DNA of 64,000 bases from a virus (IMGVR_UViG_3300020048_000083:1-64000), one strand, 5' to 3'; shown: positions 1-8,244, counted from the stretch's first letter. Numbers and translations are program-made. The notes: generated by a model from the letters alone, not told the origin.

Positions 1-2246
1 TCAAAATGGTTTTTGCCGTCGAATTTGGTTTCTTTTCCTTCGAAGATAACGGTAGGCATAGCCAATAGCTGTGCAACTGTCGGACGATCCGATGTATCAA
101 CTGATTCGGTCATTAACCTGAAGTTATTAAGCTGCTGCTCGAAAACAACGTTGTGGTTGTTAGCTGGCTTAGTGTTGGCATAGGTATTGGTGTTGTACCC
201 GAAGAGTGACTTCATACGGTCAATATCTTCGTTTACTTTACGTACAGGTATAGCTTGGTTAGCTGCTTCTTTCGATGCAATTGGTCTATTCTTATCCAAA
301 ACTGGTTTTTCACCTTCATTATCAGACATTTCGTAATAATCTGGCTGATTAGTACCAGTTTTTAATAGATCGCTACCAACTTTAGTCACACCACCTTCAC
401 CTGCCAAACCATCGCCTACGTTAGCATCATTTTTTACAGATTTAGGGTCGCGCTTACCGAAAACACCATTAGCTTGATCTTCATATTTTTCTTTATTGGT
501 ACCGTTTGTCGTCTGGTTCAAAACGTCTATTTGTGTATGCATACCCCTATTTTGGTCTACAATACCATTACGTTCTGTTTTGTCCGTTGTGTCCTGAGCA
601 TCAAACTTCTGATTTTTCATTGCGCGTACCTTTTCTTCGGTAGTTTCCTGCGATTTGCTTGCCTGCTTCATATCGCGATTAAGCTGTTTGGTTTCATTCT
701 TTTTGTTCTGACCCATAACGTCCTGACCACCTATAACAGGATAAGCCATTTCATTTATGGTTTCTTCGTATTCTATTCGCATAGAAACTAAGTCGCCTTC
801 GCAAATACCTGTCAGCACTGCCATATCAGCATAGTCCTGATCGTCGATCATCTGCGGGTCGTTTTCCAAGAACTCAAGTAGAGCAACTTTTTTGTATGGC
901 TCTAACTTGCGTAGCCTATTTTCAAAGATTTTACCCTTTGTTCCAGCGCGTAGCTGTAACTCGGACTTGCCAATGCCTTTTCCGAGCTGTAAATTTTTTG
1001 CTTCTTCCATAGTAGGTTCGAATTGTGAAAATTCTGGTGATTGTATCGGCGGGGCAACTTGGTTGCTCAGCTCCTGCTTTTTACCCTGTAGCGTTTTTTG
1101 CTGCGCTATAAGTGATTTATAAAAGTCGGCAACCTGCCTAACCTCTGGCGATAATGTTGCATAGTTGTTAGGGTTTGAAATAGCCTGACCAAACGTTTGA
1201 GAGTCTGGGTAGCCAGCCTGACGTGCCAGCTCGCCGAATTTCATACTATTTTGCCGCATCTGGCTTGTAATAACGTCCAGTTCCGATTTAGCCTGACCCA
1301 CATTACCAATACCCTTAATATCGTCCAGAATGTCATCGTCTGGGGTGCCACCCATAGTTTCTGGGTTCATATCGGTTTGTTCTGGGTTTTCTTCCTCAGG
1401 GTTGGCTACCTGATCTGTTGGTATGATACCGCCTTCTTCGTCAGCCATTTCATCATTGCCAGCCATAGGCATAGGTTCTGGTTCCATCGCTGTTTTACGT
1501 TCGCTTCTGGCTATAGGAGTATTACCGTACTTCTGGTACTCCCTATTCATATCTTCCAACGACTTAGACCCCGAAAAATTCGTGAATCCTTCACTTTGAA
1601 CCGATATTTGATTATTTTCCACCAACGATTGCAACATTTGTTTTGCAAACTGACCGTCCTTGATCATTTCGTTAAGAACTGCACGTTTTACTTCGTGCGT
1701 AGCGCCTTCGTTCAACGGAACAAAACCTTCGCTCGCCAGTGCAGCGTACATAGTGTCAAATTGCTTTTTATTACGCATCAAGGTTTCCAGCAACGCATTG
1801 AGCTGATTAGGCGAAAGACGTTCAAACACGCCAATTCCCGCTTTTGACGCATCTTTATCAGCGTCATAGTCGGCTGGGGTGTCTTGCTTGCCTTCTGGAT
1901 ATTCTACAGGCTGATCCACTTTTTTAGTGTTATCAACGTCTGTGTTGTCAATTGTTTGTGCATTGTTTTTCATATCATCTATGCTGGATTCATTTATTTT
2001 GCCCGTTCCGTGACAAGATGGGCATTGTTGATGGGTTGATTTACGGATATTTTCAATTATTTTGCCACAGCTTTTGCATTGAGCTATGCCGATCTCGGAA
2101 ATACCTAACGGAACACCTACGGTGCCTTCTGACTGACAGAAAGGGCAGGCATGTAGGTCATATCCAACTCCATTGCATGTAGGGCACTTACCCTCTGATT
2201 TGAAAGTTGATACAGCTTCCTTAATTATTGTACGAATATCGTTCAT
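1..2246 (-). CDS. Large acidic hypothetical protein (>748 aa, 3' end runs off the window). N-terminal DnaJ-type Cys-rich zinc finger; probable head-internal/scaffold protein
   Basis: Not in the ORF track because there is no stop inside the window. My manual translation from ATG 2246 (ATGA overlap with the upstream stop) stays open to base 1: MNDIRTIIKEAVSTFKSEGKCPTCNGVGYDLHACPFC...CKSCG...CPSCHGTGKINE...VNEDIDRMKSLFGY... Confidence 0.85.
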   Translation of the reverse strand, partial: MNDIRTIIKEAVSTFKSEGKCPTCNGVGYDLHACPFCQSEGTVGVPLGISEIGIAQCKSCGKIIENIRKSTHQQCPSCHGTGKINESSIDDMKNNAQTIDNTDVDNTKKVDQPVEYPEGKQDTPADYDADKDASKAGIGVFERLSPNQLNALLETLMRNKKQFDTMYAALASEGFVPLNEGATHEVKRAVLNEMIKDGQFAKQMLQSLVENNQISVQSEGFTNFSGSKSLEDMNREYQKYGNTPIARSERKTAMEPEPMPMAGNDEMADEEGGIIPTDQVANPEEENPEQTDMNPETMGGTPDDDILDDIKGIGNVGQAKSELDVITSQMRQNSMKFGELARQAGYPDSQTFGQAISNPNNYATLSPEVRQVADFYKSLIAQQKTLQGKKQELSNQVAPPIQSPEFSQFEPTMEEAKNLQLGKGIGKSELQLRAGTKGKIFENRLRKLEPYKKVALLEFLENDPQMIDDQDYADMAVLTGICEGDLVSMRIEYEETINEMAYPVIGGQDVMGQNKKNETKQLNRDMKQASKSQETTEEKVRAMKNQKFDAQDTTDKTERNGIVDQNRGMHTQIDVLNQTTNGTNKEKYEDQANGVFGKRDPKSVKNDANVGDGLAGEGGVTKVGSDLLKTGTNQPDYYEMSDNEGEKPVLDKNRPIASKEAANQAIPVRKVNEDIDRMKSLFGYNTNTYANTKPANNHNVVFEQQLNNFRLMTESVDTSDRPTVAQLLAMPTVIFEGKETKFDGKNHF

Positions 2247-2779
2247 TCCGATTCTAATTTTAAATAATGCTCTCTTATTAATTTGGCTATAATCTCAGGG
2301 CTTTTACGTGCTGTTTCAGCTAATACCGTAACGATACCCCAAGAGCATGGGCTTGATTCTTCCCTTGATTCGCCAATAAGTTTTATGGGTTTGTCGGCTG
2401 AGTCGCCTTCGGAACAATACGGAAATGTCATACATTTCGGTTTTATTTCAACAAATTTGCCACCCTTCCAAAATGGCGTGGCGTTTTTACCCTTTACGGT
2501 TTCACGACCGAACCACTCTAATATCATTTGCTCAGTTACCGCCTGACCATTTACTTTGGTAATAATCTGACCACCTTTGAACGATAATCGTTTGTTAAGC
2601 TCTTTTCGCGGAACGTGCCCAAGCGGGCCTATAAAAAAGCCGCCTGTTTGCGCGTTGTCAGCGGAATAACCGCCCATTACGCCGCCAGTTAATGCGCCAG
2701 TGGTCGTTTCGTCGAGAGCTTCCTTTTTACGTAACTCTTCGGCGATCATCTGTAATATTTGAACCTTAGTGTAGCCCAT
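2243..2779 (-). CDS. Hypothetical protein (178 aa), possible head-internal protein
   Basis: ORF track 2243-2812. I prefer ATG 2779 because it forms a TAATG overlap with the upstream stop. Contains KCMTFPYCSEGD and several (I/L/V)-x-E motifs. Confidence 0.75.
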   Translation of the reverse strand: MGYTKVQILQMIAEELRKKEALDETTTGALTGGVMGGYSADNAQTGGFFIGPLGHVPRKELNKRLSFKGGQIITKVNGQAVTEQMILEWFGRETVKGKNATPFWKGGKFVEIKPKCMTFPYCSEGDSADKPIKLIGESREESSPCSWGIVTVLAETARKSPEIIAKLIREHYLKLESE

Positions 2780-3111
2780 TAGTTGCTCGCATTCTTTAAG
2801 TCGCTCATCCAAAAACTTTTCTTTGTCCAGAGCGCTTTATATAACTGAACGAGTACGTTTCTTGCAATTTCAACAACCGAATCCTGCACCGCTTTGTCAG
2901 ATTTTACCATCTGGTGAACAATATCCTTAATCTTATTTTCAAGTGCGATATTACGACCAGATTCAAAGTAGCTTTTTAAGGCTTTTTTTGCTATCTGTTC
3001 TACATCGCCTTTGGATATCTGGTCGCCTTCCGTCAATATATTAGACTCCGACAACGCAGCGTATAAGGCTTTGTCAAATTGTGCTTCAGTTATCTTAATT
3101 TTAGTACCCAT
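2779..3111 (-). CDS. Hypothetical protein (110 aa), possible head-internal protein
   Basis: ORF track. Begins MGTKIKITEAQF...LSE...LTE. TATTTAT motif 6 nt upstream; coupled to the next gene. Confidence 0.8.
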   Translation of the reverse strand: MGTKIKITEAQFDKALYAALSESNILTEGDQISKGDVEQIAKKALKSYFESGRNIALENKIKDIVHQMVKSDKAVQDSVVEIARNVLVQLYKALWTKKSFWMSDLKNASN

Positions 3112-3116
3112 TTTTC

Positions 3117-3123
3117 ATAAATA
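3117..3123 (-). promoter_or_regulatory. TATTTAT putative late-promoter motif (second copy at 3176-3182)
   Basis: Plus-strand ATAAATA; minus-strand context TATATTTATG, 6 nt before ATG 3111. The motif recurs in 8 intergenic gaps. Confidence 0.55.
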
Positions 3124-3194
3124 TACATAAGCGTCACGAAAAACTAACTGTAATCAAATTTTCCACGCCTTTACAATAAATACTTACTAAAAAT

Positions 3195-3233
3195 AAAAAA
3201 ACCAAGCAACTCCGTTAATACGGAATCGCTTGG
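3195..3233 (-). terminator. Rho-independent terminator after gene 3261-4121
   Basis: Minus strand CCAAGCGATTCCGT-ATTA-ACGGAGTTGCTTGG then TTTTTTT: a 14-bp stem with two G-U pairs followed by a U tract. Confidence 0.85.
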
Positions 3234-3260
3234 CTAACATGAACACAACAAAAGAAGATT

Positions 3261-4121
3261 TTATTTATTTCTCACAAGAACTACACTGTATCCTATACCT
3301 ACGGAAGGTATCGCCCAGTTAAATGCTGTTGGTGTGGTGAACGGCGTATACCCTATATTAAGAAAGTTTACCGACAAAGAAAACCCCGTTCGAAGAGAGT
3401 ACTTAGTCTTAGGTATGTTTGGTGGGTTACTAACAGGCTCTACCTTATACGGCACCATTAATAGGTTAGCCCCTCGATAATGCATATCAAGTAGATTCTT
3501 GGATATAGGTTTGGTGTAATTACCAACGGAGTCAATAAAATAAGGTTCAATAGTTAATCGTGTCACCTTTTCCTTTTTATCATCATACTGGGCTATCACT
3601 AATCCAAAATTAAGTGAAAAGTTATCGATAACAGTATTGTTCGGTGTGATTTCCAATTTATCTGGCGTGTTTATAGCTTTGAACCAAGAAGTCGCCCCTA
3701 TCGTGCGTACCGAGTCAAAACTATAAAAAGAAAGTCCGTATCTATCCGCGTCCTTAGGGTCACGCACAAGTTTATTACTGGTAACAACCTCTTTTGGTAT
3801 ATACTCGGGTCTGGCAATATAAATAATTTTTGGGTGTTTCTTTAGAGAATCCAATTCTCTTGTTAGTTTATATAAATTCTTGTCAGCCAACGCTAATTGT
3901 TCACGCGTTACCTTTAAAACGATAGTACTATCGTTAACAGCTTTCAAGTTGTTATCGGCTATGATCTTAGCTTCCGCTGTTTCTTTCTTAGCCTGACGGG
4001 TTGACCCGCATTGGTTGAAGAATAGGAAGATGAACAACAGCATCAATACTGACGCGATCCAACCCCAGTTTTTAATTATAAAACTGACGGTTCCTTTGAT
4101 AAATTGCCAAAATGCTAACAT
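3261..4121 (-). CDS. Membrane-anchored protein (N-terminal TM, coiled coil, C-terminal beta-strands); spanin-like or envelope protein
   Basis: ORF track, 286 aa. Hydrophobic WIASVLMLLFIFLFF, then a helical coiled coil, then a C-terminal amphipathic strand PSVGIGYSVVLV. Function is inferred. Confidence 0.6.
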   Translation of the reverse strand: MLAFWQFIKGTVSFIIKNWGWIASVLMLLFIFLFFNQCGSTRQAKKETAEAKIIADNNLKAVNDSTIVLKVTREQLALADKNLYKLTRELDSLKKHPKIIYIARPEYIPKEVVTSNKLVRDPKDADRYGLSFYSFDSVRTIGATSWFKAINTPDKLEITPNNTVIDNFSLNFGLVIAQYDDKKEKVTRLTIEPYFIDSVGNYTKPISKNLLDMHYRGANLLMVPYKVEPVSNPPNIPKTKYSLRTGFSLSVNFLNIGYTPFTTPTAFNWAIPSVGIGYSVVLVRNK

Positions 4122-4151
4122 AAAAAAAGTGCTTAAATTAACTTATGACAG

Positions 4152-4183
4152 CAAATATAAGCACTAATAATCTAAAAACCAAA
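4152..4183 (-). promoter_or_regulatory. Bacteroidota primary-sigma promoter (-33 TTTG / -7 TAnnTTTG)
   Basis: Minus strand TTTG (4183-4180), 20-nt spacer, TATATTTG (4159-4152), upstream of gene start 4121. Exact match to the established consensus. Confidence 0.75.
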
Positions 4184-4200
4184 TTTTTGCAAAAAAAAAC

Positions 4201-4731
4201 TTACATACCACCCGAAACAGCGCCCTGCAAATGCCCCATTAGCTGGGGATTGAAGTATTTGTACGCACTGGTTAGCATCCCAAGATTCTTTTCGTTAATC
4301 TCAAGGAAATTATCGTATTTAGCCTGTATACTTTTATTGGCACTATTGATATTGAATACCATCGGTTGATTATCCTGCATGGTTACTTTTATTGTTAGCA
4401 CCATAGCCGAATCACTAATGTGTACAGTCATCATATCAATGTTATTAACTGTACCCTGCATAGCTTCCATAAAACCGTTTAGGATTGTTTGTAAACCCAT
4501 AGTGATATTACCTGCCAGTTCGTCCTGAGAGTCAGAAACCACGGTAGCGATCTGATTGTTATCAAGTGTAATTTTTTTATCGTCATTCTGGGTATTTAAA
4601 GACCTGTCAGATAGCTCAGAATCCTGACTACCTATTATATGCGGATTGTTGTACTGCTCTTCTTTTAAGACCTTACGTACACTATCCATATGTTTCTTCA
4701 TAGAAACGTATTCAAAGTCGTGGTTTGGCAT
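4201..4731 (-). CDS. Hypothetical protein (176 aa)
   Basis: ORF track; TAATG overlap with the amidase-fold gene. Confidence 0.75.
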   Translation of the reverse strand: MPNHDFEYVSMKKHMDSVRKVLKEEQYNNPHIIGSQDSELSDRSLNTQNDDKKITLDNNQIATVVSDSQDELAGNITMGLQTILNGFMEAMQGTVNNIDMMTVHISDSAMVLTIKVTMQDNQPMVFNINSANKSIQAKYDNFLEINEKNLGMLTSAYKYFNPQLMGHLQGAVSGGM

Positions 4732-5339
4732 TATTTCATCGTTTTAATAGTATTGTTTATATGTTCAAAGTATGGTAAAGCCGCTGGTGATAGGTCGTAG
4801 TAGCACTTAGCGTAATTACTGCGGTTTAACACCCCTTGGAACTCCTTAGCCTCTTCTATAGGTAGATTAGTACCTGAAAATACTGACTTAATATGGTGCT
4901 CCTTGATTAGCTCACTAATAACCTGTAGCATAGACTCAATTTGGTTGGCATCATACCAAGCCCAACTGTTATGCCCTCGCCACATCATCCCGTGTATCTT
5001 TCCATTATAAATACTTCCTTTCCAATCAAAATGATCCCCGCCGACACTCTTTCTGGTGAGATAACCCACATTCTCTAATCCGATCGATATAATTTGGCTA
5101 TCAATTTCGGGGACGCCAAACAGGTTGCTGTAATGTAGCGGGCTGAAATGCTGATAAATTTGACCGTCAAGACCAATTGTAAATGTAAACGACGCATCGT
5201 ATGCGCCGTTATGCCTGTTTGAAATCTTCGTAAAATAATCTTCAATACTTGAAGCAGTGTGCGCTAAAAGAATTTGCGTCTTAATACTGGGTTTTTTTGA
5301 TACTTGGTTATTGCTAACCATATGGTCTGTGTTAATCAT
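4731..5339 (-). CDS. N-acetylmuramoyl-L-alanine amidase (Amidase_2) fold protein, endolysin-like; second Zn-ligand His appears replaced
   Basis: Motifs LLAHTAS, FTIGLDGQIYQH, ISIGLEN, Q-x-ES-x-x-x-VI and YYDLSP. ATG 5339 (the track uses GTG 5342). Confidence 0.7.
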   Translation of the reverse strand: MINTDHMVSNNQVSKKPSIKTQILLAHTASSIEDYFTKISNRHNGAYDASFTFTIGLDGQIYQHFSPLHYSNLFGVPEIDSQIISIGLENVGYLTRKSVGGDHFDWKGSIYNGKIHGMMWRGHNSWAWYDANQIESMLQVISELIKEHHIKSVFSGTNLPIEEAKEFQGVLNRSNYAKCYYDLSPAALPYFEHINNTIKTMK

Positions 5340-5550
5340 CACCTTTTAAATACCTTAATTCGGGATAAAATCCGATCTTTTATTGGTGTAGATTGCTGCT
5401 CATTACTCTGAATGCTTTGTGGCGCTGGGCTTTGCGGCACAGACACTGGGCGATCTTCTGATAAAGACATTTGCCTATTCCGTTCTGCCTGTTCGGATAT
5501 GTCGTCAACTATTTTCTGGTGGTCTACCTCAGTACTCAGTTTTTTTTTTC
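5339..5550 (-). other. Candidate -1 frameshift site (A10 run, A-AAA-AAC) and 66-codon C-terminal extension of gene 5536-6486
   Basis: Gene ends GAA AAA AAA AAC TGA. The -1 frame from CTG (5539) is open for 66 codons (LSTEVDHQKIVDD...RIKVFKR), and its TGA (5341-5339) overlaps the next ATG. Confidence 0.7.
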
Positions 5551-6486
5551 ATCCTCGAAGACTATAATTCGGTCTTGAGGCGCTGGTGTTTCGTCAACCA
5601 CGGGTGGAACTTCTATCACGGGTACGTCAACAACTGGTGTACTTAATTCGGCAACTGGTGCACTTAATTCGGCAACTGGTGCACTTAATTCGGCAACTGG
5701 GGGATTATCAATGTCAAATAGCTTTAGCTGCGCTGGGTCTTCAACGGGAACGTCTGAATCATCTTTCTTTGGTGTGTATGAATACTCAGGTCTTTTCACC
5801 GCGGCTTGACGTATATCACGTAATATGTCTGGGTGTATGGTAAGCTCAGGTTCTGTTGTAGGTTCTGTTGTAAGCTCAGGTTCTGTTGTAGGTTCTGTTG
5901 TAAGCTCAGGCAAAGTTTCAATAACTGGTGTTACGTCATTTGGCGATGGTAAATTATAATCCTGTTGGAACGGTATTGATTCTTCTGTAACCTTAGCGCC
6001 ATCAGCGTTTTCGGTTGATTCCATCCTCATAGTCCTAATGAAAAAATGGAAGAAGGTAATGGAAATAAGCGGAATCATAGCCCCACTAAAAGTAGCCAAG
6101 ATACGTTTATGTACAATAATGTTTCCAGCGGTTTCCCAGCCGAACCAATTAAATAACGGGTCAAATAGTTCAACCCAGTTTTTGAATAGTGTGCTGGTTA
6201 CATCAATGTTTGTATAGCTGAAAAACACGTTTCCGATGATCTGTATGAGAGTTACTATACTGAAAGGGAACCAAGCCCAGTTTGATAGTTTGCTTGCCGC
6301 TATGGAGCTTAAAACAGCCACCTCGACGGCAACAGAAAGGAAGATAGCCCAGCTTGCTGGATTACTGATCTCCCAGAACGTTACAACGTGAGCCAGTGAC
6401 ACAATTACTGCGAACAGTATTGGCAATAAGTATGACGTCAGCGTTATAGTCCTATAATGCTTTTTAAGATATGGAATAAATTTCAT
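5536..6486 (-). CDS. Multi-pass membrane protein (about 4 TM) with acidic Pro/Thr/Glu-rich repetitive tail; possibly holin-like or lysis-associated
   Basis: ORF track, 316 aa. Four hydrophobic segments in the first ~150 aa; lies directly upstream of the amidase-fold gene. 382 aa if frameshifted. Confidence 0.7.
   Translation of the reverse strand: MKFIPYLKKHYRTITLTSYLLPILFAVIVSLAHVVTFWEISNPASWAIFLSVAVEVAVLSSIAASKLSNWAWFPFSIVTLIQIIGNVFFSYTNIDVTSTLFKNWVELFDPLFNWFGWETAGNIIVHKRILATFSGAMIPLISITFFHFFIRTMRMESTENADGAKVTEESIPFQQDYNLPSPNDVTPVIETLPELTTEPTTEPELTTEPTTEPELTIHPDILRDIRQAAVKRPEYSYTPKKDDSDVPVEDPAQLKLFDIDNPPVAELSAPVAELSAPVAELSTPVVDVPVIEVPPVVDETPAPQDRIIVFEDEKKN
5631..5700 (-). repeat. 21-bp tandem repeat x~3 (PVAELSA/T)
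   Basis: Plus-strand unit acttaattcggcaactggtgc at 5641, 5662 and 5683 (partial), plus a partial unit at 5631. Confidence 0.95.
5841..5910 (-). repeat. 30-bp tandem repeat x2.3 (PELTTEPTTE)
   Basis: Plus-strand unit taagctcaggttctgttgtaggttctgttg, perfect at 5841 and 5871, partial at 5901. Confidence 0.95.
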
Positions 6487-6487
6487 T

Positions 6488-8242
6488 TTACAGTAGTGAT
6501 TTTTTGAGTTCCTTGACTTCAGTTATTGTACGATGTAACCCAATAATACTCATTTCGTACAAAAAGGAAAGGTTTTCTTCTTCCAATTCATTACTATCTG
6601 TGGAACCCGCACCTGTACCCATTTGCTCATTCATCAAAGCGATGATGCCTTTGGCTGTAGTGCTTATAATTTCAAGATTTGCCTTTACAGCCGCGTCATC
6701 ATTACGCCACAAAGAGATATATGCAGCCGAATGCTTCAATTTTTCGGTTGGGATACCAAAATAGCGGAGTACGACAAACGCGCTTCCTTCAGCCTGTAGT
6801 TCTAATACCTGTGTATCGTTACGACCTACGTAAGCGTCTTTAATAATCGTTTCCTTTGAAGTTAAACGGTCTGCTGGGTCAACTTTAATACCCCTTGCCT
6901 CTTTGTCAGCTATAATAGCCAATTTTCGGCTAACCTCTTTCTTTATTTGGTCAGTTAAGAACGTCTGGTGTGTTAAAGAGTGCGCCAGCTCATGTGCTGC
7001 CGTAGACGCCCTGCCGACGCCAGCGTTGGACGCTAACAAAGTAATATCACCCATCATTGACGAGCTACCCTTTGAGCCGCCCATATCTTCCTTTTCTTTA
7101 AAGTTTAGATTGAGTTTTTTAATAACCTCAACCAAAACCTCATAGATTTTGTCAGCTATTTCGTCGGGCTCTGATGTATGCCACTCTGGTGCCGATGGTC
7201 TTGAAGCCACTGGCATGTCCTGTATTTGTTGTACGTCTTCAACGTCCAAATGGGTAAACCGCATTTTGAACGCATGATACCCGCTCATTCGAGAAGATTG
7301 AATACGAACAAATTTATCCAGACTTAATTTTTCAGAATAACCCAAACCAGTTTTTTGAACGGGTTTTAGGTACCATAGGTCTTCCTTCGTCGCATTATCT
7401 GGTAACTTTGGTTTGCGGTAATCCTCGCGCCACTTATTTTCCGCGGCTATAAGCGCACTATCTCCACCACCTACGGTCGAAGGTACCCAAAGACCAATCC
7501 TACCTACGCCAGGATACTTAGCAAGTAGCGTCTGCGGGTCTTTTGGCTCCATATTCAATTTCTTCCAATCACCTGCTGACAGCACCTCTCTCGCATTTCT
7601 ATTTTGCAAGTAAATTAAGAACGTATTGATAAACGAATACCTAAATACGGAAGCAAATTGAAGGTACTGGTTAACCTTAGCTATAAGGTCTGCATCACTA
7701 ACGGCGTCGGCTAATTCGTCAACAAACTTGCCAAGCTGCGCCTCAATATTTTCCCGTGTTTGCGGAAGCTCTATACTCGGGGCAACGGTACCTTCAATAA
7801 AGTCGCGAACCTGTTCAAGTTTTGTCAGGAAGGCATCAAGTTTAGGGTTAGCTTTGGATTCAACCTCTGGGTTGTCTGGGCTATGCGCCTTACCTAGCGC
7901 TATATTTACATCACGCAAAAATAATTGAATAGTGCGAAGCTGGGCTTCAATAAATTCTGGGGTTTTAGTTCGCCAAAAGAAAAAACGCCAGTTCTCACCT
8001 TCCTTAATCGGACTTGGTGGGAACTGGAAGAATGGCTTTCCGTTTGCAACGGGCGGGTTCTGGTTGTAACGCGCATTAAACCAGCCGTTATTATCTTTAT
8101 TAGCCCAAATGAAATTCTGAGCCATAAAATCGATTTCTGGCTTTGACCCAACTATCCATAACCTGAATGTGTCGTTGTGCCCTTGTTTTTGTACGTCCAG
8201 TTCCTCGTCGATAGAAGCATAACTTTCGCTGATCGTTAACAT
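6488..8242 (-). CDS. ardC: ArdC-like anti-restriction protein: ArdC N-terminal ssDNA-binding domain plus zincin-like metallopeptidase (MPTase) domain
   Basis: FRYSFINTFLIYLQN...VLSAGDWKKL is ArdC-N-like. STAAHELAHSLTH is an HExxH motif. ELQAEGSAFVVLRYFGI and HSAAYISLW match the ArdC C-terminal motifs. Confidence 0.8.
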   Translation of the reverse strand: MLTISESYASIDEELDVQKQGHNDTFRLWIVGSKPEIDFMAQNFIWANKDNNGWFNARYNQNPPVANGKPFFQFPPSPIKEGENWRFFFWRTKTPEFIEAQLRTIQLFLRDVNIALGKAHSPDNPEVESKANPKLDAFLTKLEQVRDFIEGTVAPSIELPQTRENIEAQLGKFVDELADAVSDADLIAKVNQYLQFASVFRYSFINTFLIYLQNRNAREVLSAGDWKKLNMEPKDPQTLLAKYPGVGRIGLWVPSTVGGGDSALIAAENKWREDYRKPKLPDNATKEDLWYLKPVQKTGLGYSEKLSLDKFVRIQSSRMSGYHAFKMRFTHLDVEDVQQIQDMPVASRPSAPEWHTSEPDEIADKIYEVLVEVIKKLNLNFKEKEDMGGSKGSSSMMGDITLLASNAGVGRASTAAHELAHSLTHQTFLTDQIKKEVSRKLAIIADKEARGIKVDPADRLTSKETIIKDAYVGRNDTQVLELQAEGSAFVVLRYFGIPTEKLKHSAAYISLWRNDDAAVKANLEIISTTAKGIIALMNEQMGTGAGSTDSNELEEENLSFLYEMSIIGLHRTITEVKELKKSLL

Positions 8243-8244
8243 TG

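Noticed and set aside
5343-5538. Stop-codon readthrough or recoding (TGA/TAG) as the explanation for the gap after gene 5536-6486
   Set aside because: The zero frame after TGA reads GTA CTG AGG TAG and stops again; only the -1 frame stays open.
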